From: Cycas panzhihuaensis
Lineage: Eukaryota > Plantae > Cycadophyta
Direction: 5' to 3'
Length of the DNA: 64,000 bases
NCBI GenBank assembly: GCA_023213395.1
Contig: CM041465.1
Coordinates: forward strand, 148,621,741 to 148,685,740
The notes beneath the pieces are model-generated. The model worked only from the letters and a program-made list of their open reading frames with translations. It searched no databases and was not told where the DNA came from. A program made the position numbers and the translations under genes. Shown piece after piece: positions 11,730 to 25,085 of this stretch; position 1 is the stretch's first letter, and each line of letters begins with the position of its first letter.

Positions 11730-14700
11730 TTCTACCAAAGTTGCGAGAATTGTTAGGAGAACTCTACTTCAGAGAGCCATTTGGCTTTTGTTGGATGTTG
11801 ACCTTTCATACTGACAAGGTACGAGATGGTGGTGCTTTGTTTGGTTCGCCACTACTTGGTGTCTAATACAATATCCTCTTGAAGTGGGGGCTAAAAATCT
11901 AGTATGGTGTCAAAAGGATGAACCACTGAGGGGGCAACTTCTAGATTGGGTGGTATATACAACTTGAGGTTATCGATATTTACCACATCATGGATGCCCA
12001 AATGTGTGGGGAGATTTAGTTGGTATGCATTGGCCCCTATTTTCTGTAGGATAGTGTAGGGCCTGAAGCAGATGGGTTTAAGCTTATGGTGATGCTTAAA
12101 CCATCGTCTGCCAAGTTGTAACCAGACTTTATATCCTTCCTAATAGGAACTTGACACCCTATGTCGATCTTCTTGCTTCTTGTAGGTATCTTGAGCTTGC
12201 TGCAAAATCTACTAGACCTTTTGATGAAGTTGAGAGATATGGTTAATGAAGTTGGCAACTTTTTGTTGTTCTTGATCTTCATGTTGTGTAGCTAGGTGTG
12301 GTAAAGTGACTAGTAACTCATACGAGGTTGGAGGTTAGAACCCATAGCATACCTCGAAGGGAGATCACTCTGTGGACCTATGGCATGCTTTGTTATAAGT
12401 ATGTTGAATGTGATGTAGTTGTAAATCCCTTTGTTTGTTATGATAGTGATAGATTTGGAGAGCTTGCACCAAGGTCCTGTTAACCACCTCTATCTGCCCA
12501 TCTGTTTGGCGATGAAAATTGGTGGAGAACTTTAGTTGGCACCCTAATATTTTCCATAGAGATTGCCAAAAATGGTTGAGGAATTTGCTATCCCTGTCGG
12601 AGATAATGGAAGAGGGCAATCCAAAGTGGGACTACACATGGTGAAAAACTAAGGAAGCTGCTTGTGAAGCTGTAACTTCCTTTTCACATGGTATAAAAGT
12701 GGCCATTTTGGAAAACTTGCATACAACTACGAAAATGAAATCGTTGCCACGCTAGGCAGTGGCTAGGCCACTAAGGAAATCCATGGAAATTGATTTCCAT
12801 GGTTTAGAGGGTATTGGCAAAGGTTGGTAGAGGCCCATCATCTGATTTGAGCATTTTGATTGATTAAACAATGGACACTGGCGAATGTATATTTGGACCA
12901 TTTTTCCCATGAATGGCTAGTAGAAATATCTTTGTAGATGTTGTAGGGTTTTTTGGGTCCCAAAGTGGCCCCTGTACATGGAAGAGTGAGCCTCTTTCAA
13001 CAGTTGTTGCCTTGGAGCTTCTGTAGGGATGTAGAGTTTGCCTAGCTTGTATAGGAGTCCTTGCAGATGGTAATCCTAAAAAGGTGTGCGATTGATGGTG
13101 GTTGGCTGTTGGAGTGCCTCCACGATGGGCTTGAAATGTAAATCAATTTGATATAAGTCTTTCCAGGAGGCATAGGAGATTAAATGATTATCCAATAAGG
13201 CAAGTAATGCCACTGTAGGTGGACAACTGAGGAAGTCAACAACCTTGTTGGCTGTTTCTCTCATGTACTTAATAACAATGTTAAATTGTTGGACATGTGA
13301 TGCCCCTTTAAGATGTCAATGTTCTTGGATCTTAGTTTGTGAATTAATATATTGTAACTGTTGGTGATCCATATGCGCTATTGTTTCCTTGCCCAAGAGG
13401 AAATGGCACCAATATTTGAGGTCCTGAACAATAACATGGAACTCTTTATCATATGTGCTATAAGTCCTTTTAGCTTGTGAGAAGGCCTCAGAGTGGTAAG
13501 TGATGGGATGTCCTCCCTGCTTAAGTACTGCGCCCATTGCAAATTGGGAGGCGTCAATCTCCAATTCAAATGGAAGTTTCTCGTCAGGTAGGTGGAGCAC
13601 AAGGGTTGTACAAAGGGCAACTTTCAATTTTTGGAAAGCTAACTCGGCTTTTGGCATCTAAATGAACTCCTTAGTGCTGCTTGTCAGGGCGTTTAGGGGA
13701 TGAGCTATGCTGGAGAAGTGTTGGATGAACTTTCATTAGTAATTAACACTTTCCAAGAAACTCTTAAGCTTTGTCAGATTCTTGGGTGTGGGCCAGTCTT
13801 GGATGACTTGTACTTTGGCAGGGTTGGCTTGGATGTTGGAGGTGTTGGATATGTATCCTAAGTAGGAGATGGATTCCTACCTGAAGGCACATTTTTTAAC
13901 TTAGCCTTAAGTTGATGTTGCTGGAGGAGAGAGGAAACCGTTTCCACGTGTTGTTGGTGTTCTTGGTAAGTCTTACTGAAGACCAAGATATCATCCAAGT
14001 ACACAATTACAAATTTGCCAAGATGTGGCTTGAATATATCATTGATTAGTCTCATGAATGTGGTTGGTGCATTGGTCAGCCCAAAGGCATGACAAGCCAC
14101 TCGTATAGACCATGTTGTGTCTTGAATGTCATCTTCCACGTGTCTCGGGCATCCATCCAGACTTGGTGGTACCTAGAAGTTAAGTCAATTTTGGAGAAGT
14201 AGTAGGCCCCATGTAACTGATCGAAGATGTCATCAATCCATGGAAAAGGGTGCCTATTTTTTATATTGATTTTATTTAATGCCCTATAGTCGATGCATAA
14301 TTGCCACTCGGAGTCCTTCTTAGGCATAAGAATTGCAGGGGATCCATAGGGCGAGCAACTAGGTTGTATCTTGCCCTCCTTAATTAGTTGAGTTATCTAT
14401 CTTTCGAGTTTGACCTTTCCAATTGGAGTGGCCCTGATTGGGCAAGGACGCACCTAGTAACATATTAATAGTATGTTGTATTTCTCGCAAGGGGGGAAGC
14501 CCTTTATGTTCTGAGAACACATTTACATATGCATCCAAAATGTTTTTTATTGTAGCAGGAGGAACTTTAGTATAGTTTTTATTTTGGGCCTGGCATATGA
14601 TGCACAAGGCCATTGATTTAGTTGTATTAACCTACTTGGTAGCTTGCTTCTTGGTGAGCATTGTAACCTTGGTGGCTGATGTTGATGCAACCGAAAGTTG

Positions 14701-15603
14701 ATAGGTCTTTCCATCTGTCAGTAGTGTATAAGTATTGTGGTACCTGTCATATAACAATCGTCGATCATGCTAATAGGGGCGATTGAGCAGTAGGTCACTA
14801 CAATCCATAGGAGTGATGTTACATTCCAGTGTGTCTATCAAGGGAGGAATGACAAATGTGACTGTGCAAATGCGATCGATTATTTTCGATTGTCCATTTG
14901 TAGTGACCCAGCCAAGTGCATAAGGATGAGGGTGAGGCCTTGTGGGTAATTGTAGTGTATCAACAAGTTGTTTGGAAACCAAGTTCCTCATGCTGTCGTT
15001 GTCCAGTATAAATAGGGCTATTCGATCCTTGATTTGACAATTATATGTGAAGAGCTTCTCACGGCCTGTGTTGTGTATTCTTTTGCCATGAGCACAAGGT
15101 TGAGATCTGCTGTCTCTGGATTGGCTAGTGCAATGGTATTGTCGGGTTCTACTGGGGGGAGGTTAGAGTCTCCCTGCTCTTCCTCGAGTTGAGGCTTCAC
15201 AACCAATGTTTTCTTTTACTCTGCTTGACATTCCGCGTTGTCGTGGCTAGCCATTTTGTGAAAGGAGTAGAATTTGCGAGGGCCATTTGGAGGACGTTGG
15301 GCCCTAGGTTGGCCTTAAGGGATTTCGTGACAAGAACAATTGTGTGCCAGATGCGAGGCGTTGGGGGAGATGGTTTCTAGAAGTAGAAGCTGTAATGAAG
15401 GGTTGCCGGCATTTTTGTACTTTAGCTTCTAGTTTAAGGGCTAGATGAATAGCTTCCTCCAATGTGGGAATTTGGAGAAATTCCATCTCCTGTTGGAGAT
15501 GGCTACACAAACCCCCAATGAATTTTAACTTGCGGATTTTGTCAAGATCATTATTTTCTAGTCGAATATATAGTTTCAAGAATTATTCTATATATTGTTG
15601 GAC
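11730..15603 (-). pseudogene. Gag C-terminus, PR, RT, RNase H, integrase and chromodomain-like tail of C (disrupted)
   Basis: PHPHPYALGWV, LCIDYRALNK, VYLDDILVFS, DASQFAMGAVL, IISDRDSKF, QTDGQIEVVNR; tail SYLVSMKG...AKW. Confidence 0.88.
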
Positions 15604-15608
15604 TATTT

Positions 15609-16159
15609 TGTGAAAATGGCCTAATGGCCTTACAATCCCAAGATCTAGAAGCTAGGTTCACTCTAGTTCTAGAAAGCAAATAAGCTAGACAAAAATGAAA
15701 CTATAAGATCAAATATGAGCAAGATAAAGCATGAAGAGAAAGAGCAAGAAAATGATACCAAAGATGAAGAGTTGGAATTGGTCCAACCTCCAAATGAATA
15801 ACAGTTTGATTAGCAAACTGGCATCATAACAATACAACTCCAACTCTATATGAGAACAATGAGGAGAGGTCTCAATATATAGAGTGAAAGGAGAGACCGA
15901 AGGCATTGGATGTTTGACAAGTGTCAAACATCCAAGGTACATGCCTTGCATGTAGGACATGTGTCCTTTTAGGGCTCTCAAGTGAGCAAAAGTGCATGGG
16001 GGTCCATTTGACCCTTTAGTGACAATGTTGTGTCACTAGGAAAGAATGTGGGTGTGCACTTTATCGCTTAAGTGATAAGTCACCCGTAAAGTACAAAAGT
16101 ACAAATATTACATGAAAAATAAAGTACATAGGCTTAACATGTAAACATAAGGTTTAACA
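15609..16159 (-). repeat. 3' LTR of D (551 bp)
   Basis: Direct repeat of 22890-23438; homologous to the B LTRs. Confidence 0.95.
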
Positions 16160-19100
16160 CCCCCTTCATCGCTTACAATGTTAAGTCGGACCCTTAGACC
16201 ATCTCTAAATTTTACAAGTTTTTCTCTACCAAGTGGCTTGGTAAAGATATCTACTGTCTGCTCTTCTGTTGGTCTATACTGAAGGTTGATCTCACCACTT
16301 TGAATATGCTCTCTGATGAAGTGATGATGAACCTCAATATGTTTGGTCCTTGCATGAAAGACAAGATTCTTGGCCAACTTGAGCACACTTTGATTGTCGT
16401 AATAAATCTTGGTGGGATGATCCTGCTCAAGTCCAAGTTCCCCAAGAATCCATCGTAGCCAGATAGCTTCACAAGCTGCGCTGACTGCAGCTTTGTATTC
16501 GTCTTCGGTGGAGGACAAGGTAACATTGGGTTGCTTCTTGCAACTCCACAAAACAACTGCTGAATCAAGGGTAAAATAGTAACCCGAGGTTGATCTCCTG
16601 CTATCTTGGCAACCTGCCCAATCAGAATCTGAGAACCCTTTCAGAGTGAAGTTCTCATCATGTGCATACTCAAGGCCATGCTGCAATGTGCCTTTGATGT
16701 ATTTGAGTATGCGTTTAGCTGCATTCCAATGTTTCTGATTGGGTTGAGACATGTATCGAGAACAAATCCCAACTGCAAATAAAATATCCGGTCGAGTGTT
16801 GGTGAGATAAATGAGGCTACCAATCAACTGCTGGTAAAGAGTGGGATCTGCTGGTTCAACTTCCTCATTGAGAGTAAGCTTTGTTCCATTCTCCATGGGT
16901 GTAGGCGCTGATTTGCAGTCGTACATCTTGAACCGCTGCAAAATGTCCCAAGAATATTTGGCTTGGGAGATGAAGATATAGCCTAGCTGTTGCCATAGCT
17001 CAAAGCCTAAGAAATAATGGAGAAGTTCAAGATCTGTCATCTCAAAACTCCTCTTCAAGTCATCCTGGAGAATCTGTATCATCTTAGTGTTATTGTCAGT
17101 GATGACTAAGTCATCTACATACAAGACAATGAAAATGGCATGGTTTTTTCCAGCTTTGATGTATAAGTTAGGGTCTGAAGTAGATCGATGAAACCCATGT
17201 CTCAAAAAGTAATCATCAATCTTTGAGTACCATGCTGTTGGAGCGTGTTTCAAGCCATACAATGCCTTTTTTAGGCGACAAACTAAATGCTCCTTGCCTT
17301 GTACCTTGTAATCGGGAGGTTGCTCTAAGTATACCTCCTCCTGAAGATCACCATTGAGAAAGGCGCTCTTCACATCCATCTGAAAAACTGGCCATTTGCA
17401 TTGAGCTGCTAAGTCCAATATGAGTCTAATGGTATTCATGTTAGCCACTGGTGCAAAAGTCTCCTCGTAGTCTATGCCTTCCTTTTGTTTGAACCCTTTT
17501 GCCATAAGGGGAGCCTTCTGGCGCTTAAGTGTACCGTCATAATGGAATTTGGTCTTGTAGACCCATTTGCAGCTGCTTGCCTGTTTGTGTTTAGGCAATT
17601 CTACCAAATCCCAGGTTCCATTCTTTTCAATAGAATGGATTTCTTCATCCATGGTAGCCTTCTAATTTTCATTTTTAGAAGCCTCCTCAAAGGTGGAAGG
17701 CTCATCAACACATAACACTTCAGCCATAAGTGGCAAATTGGTTTGCTACCTGTATTTTGATGGACGTTTTCCTTCAATAATGTGGCCGTCCTACATTGTT
17801 TGAGTATACCATTTTGGTAACTTTTTAATTGATGTGACTTGAACCTCAAGATCTTCTGGTCTAAGTGGTTGATCAACAGAAGATGTGCTAGGATCAAGTG
17901 GAGCTTAAGTCTGATGATGTGGACGGTCCAACAGGTGCAGATGATGTACATGGAGTTGAAGATTGAGAGGGAAGGAAAGCCTCAACAATCTTTTTGCCTT
18001 TGTCAATGGGGGGTTGCATGGATGCTGTATGCAACTCCTTATGATCTTCTTCAGCAAAGATTACATCTCTTGAGAGATGCATTTTCTTTCCAATGGGATC
18101 ATACAACTTGTAGGCTTTGCTATGAATGGCATAACCTACAAAGATGCACTTTAGACTATGCTTGTCTAATTTTGTTCTTTGCTGATCGGGGATGTGCATA
18201 TAAGCAATGCACCCAAAAGTCCTCAAATGGCTGACAGATGGCATTTTGCCAGACCATGCCTCCTCTGGTGTGATGTCGGTGACTGCTGTTGTTGGACTTC
18301 GATTTGCCACATAGGCAGTTGTGTGGAATGCCTCTGCCCAGTAACCTCGAGTGAGTCCTTTTGCATGCATCATTGCTTTGGCTTTGTTATCCAAAGTTCT
18401 ATTCATTCTTTCGGAGACTCCATTTTGTTGAGGAGTGTGAGGAATAGTAAGTTGTCTCCGAATGCCATTATCCTTGCAGAATTGGGTGAATTCGTTTGAA
18501 GTAAATTCACCTCCATTGTCTGTCCTTAGTGTTTTGATGGATTGGCCAGACTCGTTCTCCACTTCAAGCTTGAATTCTTTAAACTTTTGAAATGCTTCAG
18601 ACTTATGCTTGATGAAGTAAACCCAGACTTTATGGGAGAAGTCGTCAATGAAGGAGATGTAGTACAAAGCTCCTCCAAAGGAAGCGATGGACATAAGTCC
18701 ACACAAATCTGAGTGTACCAGCTGCAAAGGATGTGATGCACACCAAGCTTTGCCTTTAGGGAAAGGCAAGAGATGTTGTGTCCCCATTATGCATGCTTCA
18801 CAAAGACATTTTGTGCCATATATCTTTGGAAGCCCATGTACCATATTTTTGTTCTCCATCTGCTTAAGATTGTCTAAGCTCAAATGGTGTAGACGTTGAT
18901 GCCAAAGTTGCATCTTGGACAAAGTTTGAGTGATAATGGAACCAGAGTAAGCAGAATCAAATATTATGTTCTTAGCATCTAATTTGTAGAGGCCATGATC
19001 CTCATATCCAATAGCTACTACCTGGTCATTTTTGTCACTTATTACACATTTACCATTCTTGAACAAAATGCTCATCTGTTGCTTGTCCAATTTGCTAACA

Positions 19101-20357
19101 GATAGCAAGCTCTTCTCCATGGAAGGTATAAAATAGGCATTGCCATTGGGAAATGAAGAGGAAGGATTGGAAGGAGAATGGAATGGAGCGATTGTGCCTA
19201 TACCAGAAATCTTAACAGATTAATTGTTGCCGAAGGTCACTGATTGACCTTTTCCTTCCTTGATGTCGCAAATGAGTTCTTCACTCCCAGTCATGTGTTG
19301 TGTAGCTCCAGAATCAATGATCCAAGTTTGATCAACCTTGGATGAATGATAAGCACAAAACAGTTTGCCCTCATCTGCAAACTGATTGAAGAGGCGTTGA
19401 TTGCCACCTCTAAACCCCCCCCTTTCCTCCTTGACCTCCTCGATAGGCACCTCGATTTGGTCGAGGGGGTTGCTGCTGTTGTTGTTGCTGGAATCTCTAT
19501 TGTTGGAATTGCTGTCGTGGTTGCTGCTGTCTCTGACTTTGTTGACGTGTGTGTTGTAGATCTGCTTTCTTCTTTCTACAATCAGGTGCTACGTGGCCAA
19601 CTTTGCCACAATAATGACAAACAACATTGGTCTTTGAGGAACCAATGTTCATATTCCCAAACTGCTTTGTTAATGCAAGTTTGGGATTCTGTTTGGCCTT
19701 TGATTTGGCCGTGAATGCGCCTGATGTAGATGGTTCATCCTCATTATCCTTGGTGTAAATTTGCTCCTCTTGAAGCAACAAGCTTTCAAGTTCATTAAAT
19801 GATATTCGTTTGAGTGAACCATCTTGTGTAGTGGAAGAAATAAAGCCAATGTAGTCTTTAGGCAAAGCTTTAGTAATTGATGTTATAACCTCATCTCTAG
19901 TGGCGGGACTACCTAATGTATTCAATTCATTACATACCTCTTTGATGGAGGAAAGGAAAGCCGACATAGGCTTAACAAATTTTACAGAATACAACTTAGC
20001 TTTTACCATCAATATGCAAGTTTCATCTCGCCTTTCATACAAGGAGGACAAAATGTCCCATGCTTCCTTGGAGGTTTTTGCACAGACAATATTTTGATCT
20101 ACATGAACATCAACAATCATATGTAGGAATGCCAAGGCAATTTCATCTTTGGCTTCCCAAGCAGCAACAAGAGCATCATCAGGTTGAACAGTTACATCTT
20201 CATTGATAACAGGTACAGGTGGAGGTATCCTTCCAGAAACATAACCCCAAAATTCATTCATTATCAAGAGATTTTGAGTGATCATTTTCCATTCTTAATA
20301 GTTGTCTTGTCCTATTAATTTGATGGTACATGCGTTGAGCATATTAATTGTAGCCAT
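16108..20357 (-). pseudogene. Copia polyprotein of D, nearly intact (a few stops and frameshifts)
   Basis: Long ORFs 16108-17652 (RT-RH), 17894-19120 (INT) and 19497-20285 (Gag, CHYCGKVGHVAPDC); ATG at 20357; premature TAA near 20297 and 19220. Confidence 0.93.
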
Positions 20358-22889
20358 GTTAAAGTTGTAAGGCTTGAAGCTAGCAGATAACTTGGAGACT
20401 TAAAGCTTTCGTTGCTTAAGTTCCACCTTCTAACGAAACCAATAGTTCTAATCTTACTAGAAGATCCAACAACTGAATGGAATGATGAGGGGTGGAGGAC
20501 TAGGCTAAAGAGTTGGTCCAACCCTAATCTATAGAGGAGATCCAACAGTTGGCCAAGTTAAATCTAGGATAAGGCAGGTAGGGTTGATCTGCATGGATGT
20601 ACCATGTCTAGGATTCACAGCCCCAATGACACCCTTTTCGAACCTCCTTTCCCTCAAGCAGCTTTAATTGTCGTGCATTGACCGTACGGTTGGTTGGTCC
20701 CTTAGGGAATGCACCAAGCTTAAGGTTATTTCAGAGGTAAGGTTTGAACCTTTTTCGGGCCTCTCCAACAAGATTTTAAAGTCACTTTTTAGAGGATTAG
20801 AGTGGACTTAGGATTTATTTTACTTGGATGATGTACTTATGAAAAAGTGCTTCATTAAGCTTACAATGAAAGAGGCTTCAAAAGAAGTAATCTAGTATAT
20901 CAAATGAACACTTAAAAGTGTTGTTACAATGAACACTTAATGAAGTGAGAGTGCTATACAAATCCAAGTAAAAAAAGATGCTCGAGTACAATGAGTTTTG
21001 AAAAAATAAGTACTTGAAAAGATGCTAAGCACTCAATGAAGCAAAGCAAAACCTTGTGATGAAAGTACAAGTGGGTTCCTTTTAATGCTCAAGAGTGAAG
21101 AGAAAAAGACCACTTGCCAAAATAAGGACACCAAGCACCAAGTGTTGAGACTTTAAAATAGTCCCAACAATCAACAAATGAAGTGATTTTATTAAGTAAA
21201 AAATACTCTTGAGCCCTTTTGTGACTAAGGGCAATAGGTCACCATGCAAAGTGCCTTAAAAGGAGTGTTGAAATAGTGATAAATATCACTTTTACAATGT
21301 GCAGACACTTAAAATCACTTCAACTAAGCCAATTAACACTTATACAACATTAATTAAGTGTTAAAAAAAGCTTAAAGTGCCAAAAAACAAAGGCTGAAAT
21401 AATAATCTTTTTTTGAAACTTTGAGCAACAAGGACACCACGTAGGGAGCCTTTGGAAGAGCTTTAAAATAAGTATTTTTAATATTCAAAGAAGAGAGAAT
21501 GACTTAGTATTAACTTTTGATGAAGTTACTAAGTATCAATGAAGATTTTTAACTCCAAAAGTACAAAAAAGATGTGATTTTTTCCTTAAGAAAATGTAAG
21601 CTAAGGTCACCATGCAAGGTGCCTTGATAAAAAAATAGCTTTAATGAAAGGAAAAAAATCACTTTTTGATGTGAAAAATCACTGAAAAGGCTTTGATTTA
21701 GTCTTTCATTCACTAAAGTGAATTCAAAGTGAATAAAGACCAAAAAAATCACTAAGAAAACTTTGAAATTGGCTTAAAAAGTGAATTTTTAATGATTAAA
21801 GAGGTGTCTTCAATATAAACTTTAGAATAAAAGGTCTTATGTAAAAAGGAATATACTTCATGAATATTGTAAATGAAATAAGATAAAATTCAAAGACCAA
21901 AGTTCAAAATCGAAAATTTTCAAAAAGAATGAACAGTGGAAAAACGGCGGTGTGACTCGGGCGGTGGCCGTGATCATGCAGGTGCTTGTATCTCCGCGTA
22001 TACTTAGCGGATCGAGACGATATCTGAAGGGTAGGGTCGCATACCCTAGTCGGAGGTACATGTTGACTTTGAGCAGATTTCACTGAGTTTGCAAAGAGAA
22101 CTGAGCAGGAGAAGCTTCTGAAGAGCGCACAGGTCGTGGAACGTTTGGAGAGCCGTGGGGCTTGGTACGGACTGCCGTACTCTTTGGAGAGGACGTGTGG
22201 GGCCTACAATGAGTAGAGACACCTCGAAATGACAACAAATCTAATTATCAGAGATTGCACCAACAGGTCTTAGTTTTTTGCTGGGGTTTGAGGGCTGAAA
22301 AAAGCTCAAAACTAAACCATAGCCACCAAAGAGCCTCAGACTTCAAGTGTTTTCTATCTGAGTGGCAGAAATCAATTGCTAAATAGATCAACACCCTGAT
22401 TCAGGAGAAGAACAAGCTAGAAAATGCATATTTTAGTGAAAAAATCACACAGAACGTGAGTAAACTTGCCCATATTTGAGGAACAACTGATACAAATTAA
22501 TTGCAAATCAGTTAGGAGCCTCAAAAAATGCTTACAAAACTGATTTGTAGTCACAAAGTGATCTAATATCTCAGATCTGCCTATTATCTTTGAAAAAATT
22601 ATTTTTTCTTGAAGAAAAATTAAAGAAAAAAGCACTATTATTTTTTCTAAAAAACAGTGTTGCACCCTTGATAGACGTCTGAAAAAAATTTTAGATCTGA
22701 AAGTAGCCTTGCTCCAGCTTTTAACACTGCTCCAGAAGCTTGAACCTGAAGAAAATAGGTCTTCAACAAACCTTAGATCGCCTTCGGAGAGCGAAGGTCA
22801 TCATCAAGGGTTTGTAAACCTGCTTTGAATCTCCTTGAGTAGAAAAATCAGAATAGAGGGAACTAGTCTCCTCTAGCTCTGATACCAAA

Positions 22890-23438
22890 TGTGAAAATGG
22901 CCTAATGGCCTTATAATCCCAAGATCTAGAAGCTAGGTTCACTCTAGTTCTAGGAAGCAAATGAGCTAGACAAAAATGAAACTATAAGATCAAATATGAG
23001 CAAGGTAAAGCATGAAGAGAAAGAGGAAGAAAATGATATCAAAGATGAGGAGTTGGAATTGGTCCAACCTCCAAATGAATAACAGTTTGATTAGCAACCG
23101 ACAAAGATAACAATACAACTCCAACTCTATATGAGAACAATGAGGAGAGGTCTCAATATATAGAGTGAAATGAGAGAACTAAGGCATTGGATGTTTGACA
23201 AGTGTCAAACATCCAAGGTACATGCCTTGCATGTAGGACGTGTCCTTTTAGGGCTCTCAAGTGAGCAAAAGTGCATGGGGGTCCATTTGACCCTTTAGTG
23301 ACAATGTTGTGTCACTAGGAAAGAATGTGGGTGTGAACTTTATCACTTAAGTGATAAGTCACCCCTAAAGTACAAAATTACAAAAATTACATGAAAAATA
23401 AAGTACATAGGCTTAACATGTAAACATAAGGTTTAACA
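22890..23438 (-). repeat. 5' LTR of D (549 bp)
   Basis: Adjacent to PBS TGGTATCAGAGC (minus strand). Confidence 0.95.
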
Positions 23439-23443
23439 TGTTT

Positions 23444-23900
23444 GTCTTGGCATCTGGGGTAAATGCAACCGTTTTTTGATGAGGGTCTCCTAGTATCCCA
23501 AGGGATAAAATTGCCCCTTGATTGCCCTTTGGAAGGCATCCCAACTGTGGACATTGTCTTGCCTATTATAGGCCTGCCACCAAGTCAACCCTTGTTTCAA
23601 TAGATGGACCTCTGCAACTAAGATTTTTTGTTGTTCTATTAGATGGCGGGTCTTAAAATAAGCTTCCAAACTGTGGATCCAGTCTTCTAACTTGTTAGGG
23701 TTCACGGTACCATCAAAGAGGGGAATCAATATCTTTGCATCTAGCTTGAATTATGGCTATTGTAGAGGGACCGCTAGGGGTACCTGATGCTGCTACTGCA
23801 ATAGCTACTGAAACATGGTCATCATATTGTTCATTAGAGCATGTTTAAAGGCTTGAGACTCCTACCTTTGATCCCTTAATTCTTGCGTCGATATTTCGAA
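23444..23900 (-). pseudogene. N-terminal Gag (capsid) of C
   Basis: IPLFDGTVNPNKLEDWIHSLEAYF...LTWW...SWDAFQRAIKGQFYP, a Retrotrans_gag-like motif. Confidence 0.85.
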
Positions 23901-24794
23901 GAGCTCTATTCGTGATTGTGCCTATTGCAAAGACTAGGGAGGCAAATTCTGCTGATCTTGTGACATTATGAGTGGGGTACACCTTCCTTTGAAGAGCTTA
24001 CAGCTATATGGTCACAGTGTGAAGGACATGGTATGCCTGCCTTTGAAGGGCTTACAACTATATGCCCACGATGTGAAGGACAAGGTACACTTGCTTATGG
24101 TCTTACGACTATATGCCCGTTTCCTCTCTCTCTCTCTCTTCACAAAGTGTGAAATAGTGCACAAAAATGATGTAAAATCTGTAATAGCAGAGAAAGTTAC
24201 AAAAAAAAAATTTAGCACAAGTGATTTTCGTACAATGTACAAATCCATTCAGGGTACGATCGTACGAAATTCTACGGTCAACCAAAAATCAAAGTTGGTC
24301 GCGAAACATAGATCGTCCTAGTGCCTCTCTGAATATGCAGATGGAATTTTGATTCGAAAAATAAGAAGTTATGGCCCCTAAAAGGTGTACGGTTGAACAG
24401 GGCTGGAAAGGGAAAAATGCTTAGATCTAAAAAAATACTTCACCAAACCCTATAATATCGAACTCAAATGAAGGATTTTGTGAAACCAAAAATTTTAGGA
24501 CAAGTTTGAGGAAAAACTATTGAGAATTTAGAGAGATTTGCAAAAATGTCAAACCCTATGCTGGTCAAAGATGCTCAAATCTGCTCTGTTGGAGGCCGAA
24601 TCAGGCTTTGACCTAGAAGGAAAAAGTGATCACAATGATTAGGCACTCCTATTGGTAAATTTCCAGCTCATTTTGAACACTTTGATTTTTTGTGTCTGTA
24701 CGGGGTCGCAGAGGTCTGCATGGCAGTTTGTATAGTGATTCATGGGCTGGAATTTGAGCAGCAGGTGGTAGGATCTCTTTGCTCTGATGCCAAT

Positions 24795-25080
24795 TGATGT
24801 GAGAACATTAAAGGAAGAGCTAGAGCAAGAGTCAAAGCAATAACAAAAAGCAAGAGCTGAGAAAAAAACTCTTGGAAAGGTGAACGAATTTCCCAAAGAA
24901 TCAGTAGGTGCATATATATGAGTGAGGTATTAGCATGCTAGACACATGTTGTGCATGTGTATCATGTTCACCTAATTGCTAAAATAATACATTTCTAAAG
25001 TCCTAAGTGTACTTCAAAGAATACAATAATAAAAGAATAAGAGAATAAAGGGTTCCTAAGGACTTTATGAAGTCTCATTA
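24795..25080 (-). repeat. 5' LTR of C (286 bp)
   Basis: Repeat of 11412-11696, next to the PBS. Confidence 0.92.
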
Positions 25081-25085
25081 GAAGA

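Larger units (their letters stand above)
15609..23438 (-). mobile_element. Full-length Ty1/Copia element D (same family as B) inserted in gag of C
   Basis: LTRs 15609-16159 and 22890-23438; TSD TATTT/TGTTT; PBS 22876-22887; PPT ~16160-16170. Confidence 0.95.
11412..25080 (-). mobile_element. Gypsy element C (short-LTR chromovirus-like) inserted between RNase H and integrase of A
   Basis: LTRs 11412-11696 and 24795-25080; TSD GAAGA at 11407-11411 and 25081-25085; PBS TGGCATCAGAGC (24781-24792, minus strand). Confidence 0.93.

Noticed and set aside
16108-16165. Pol of D reading 16 codons into the 3' LTR
   Set aside because: Explained by one missing base in the PPT G-run; B ends GGC* and E ends GGEC* at the LTR start.
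2109-23438. Segmental duplication (B versus D)
   Set aside because: Different TSDs and host elements; these are independent insertions of one family.
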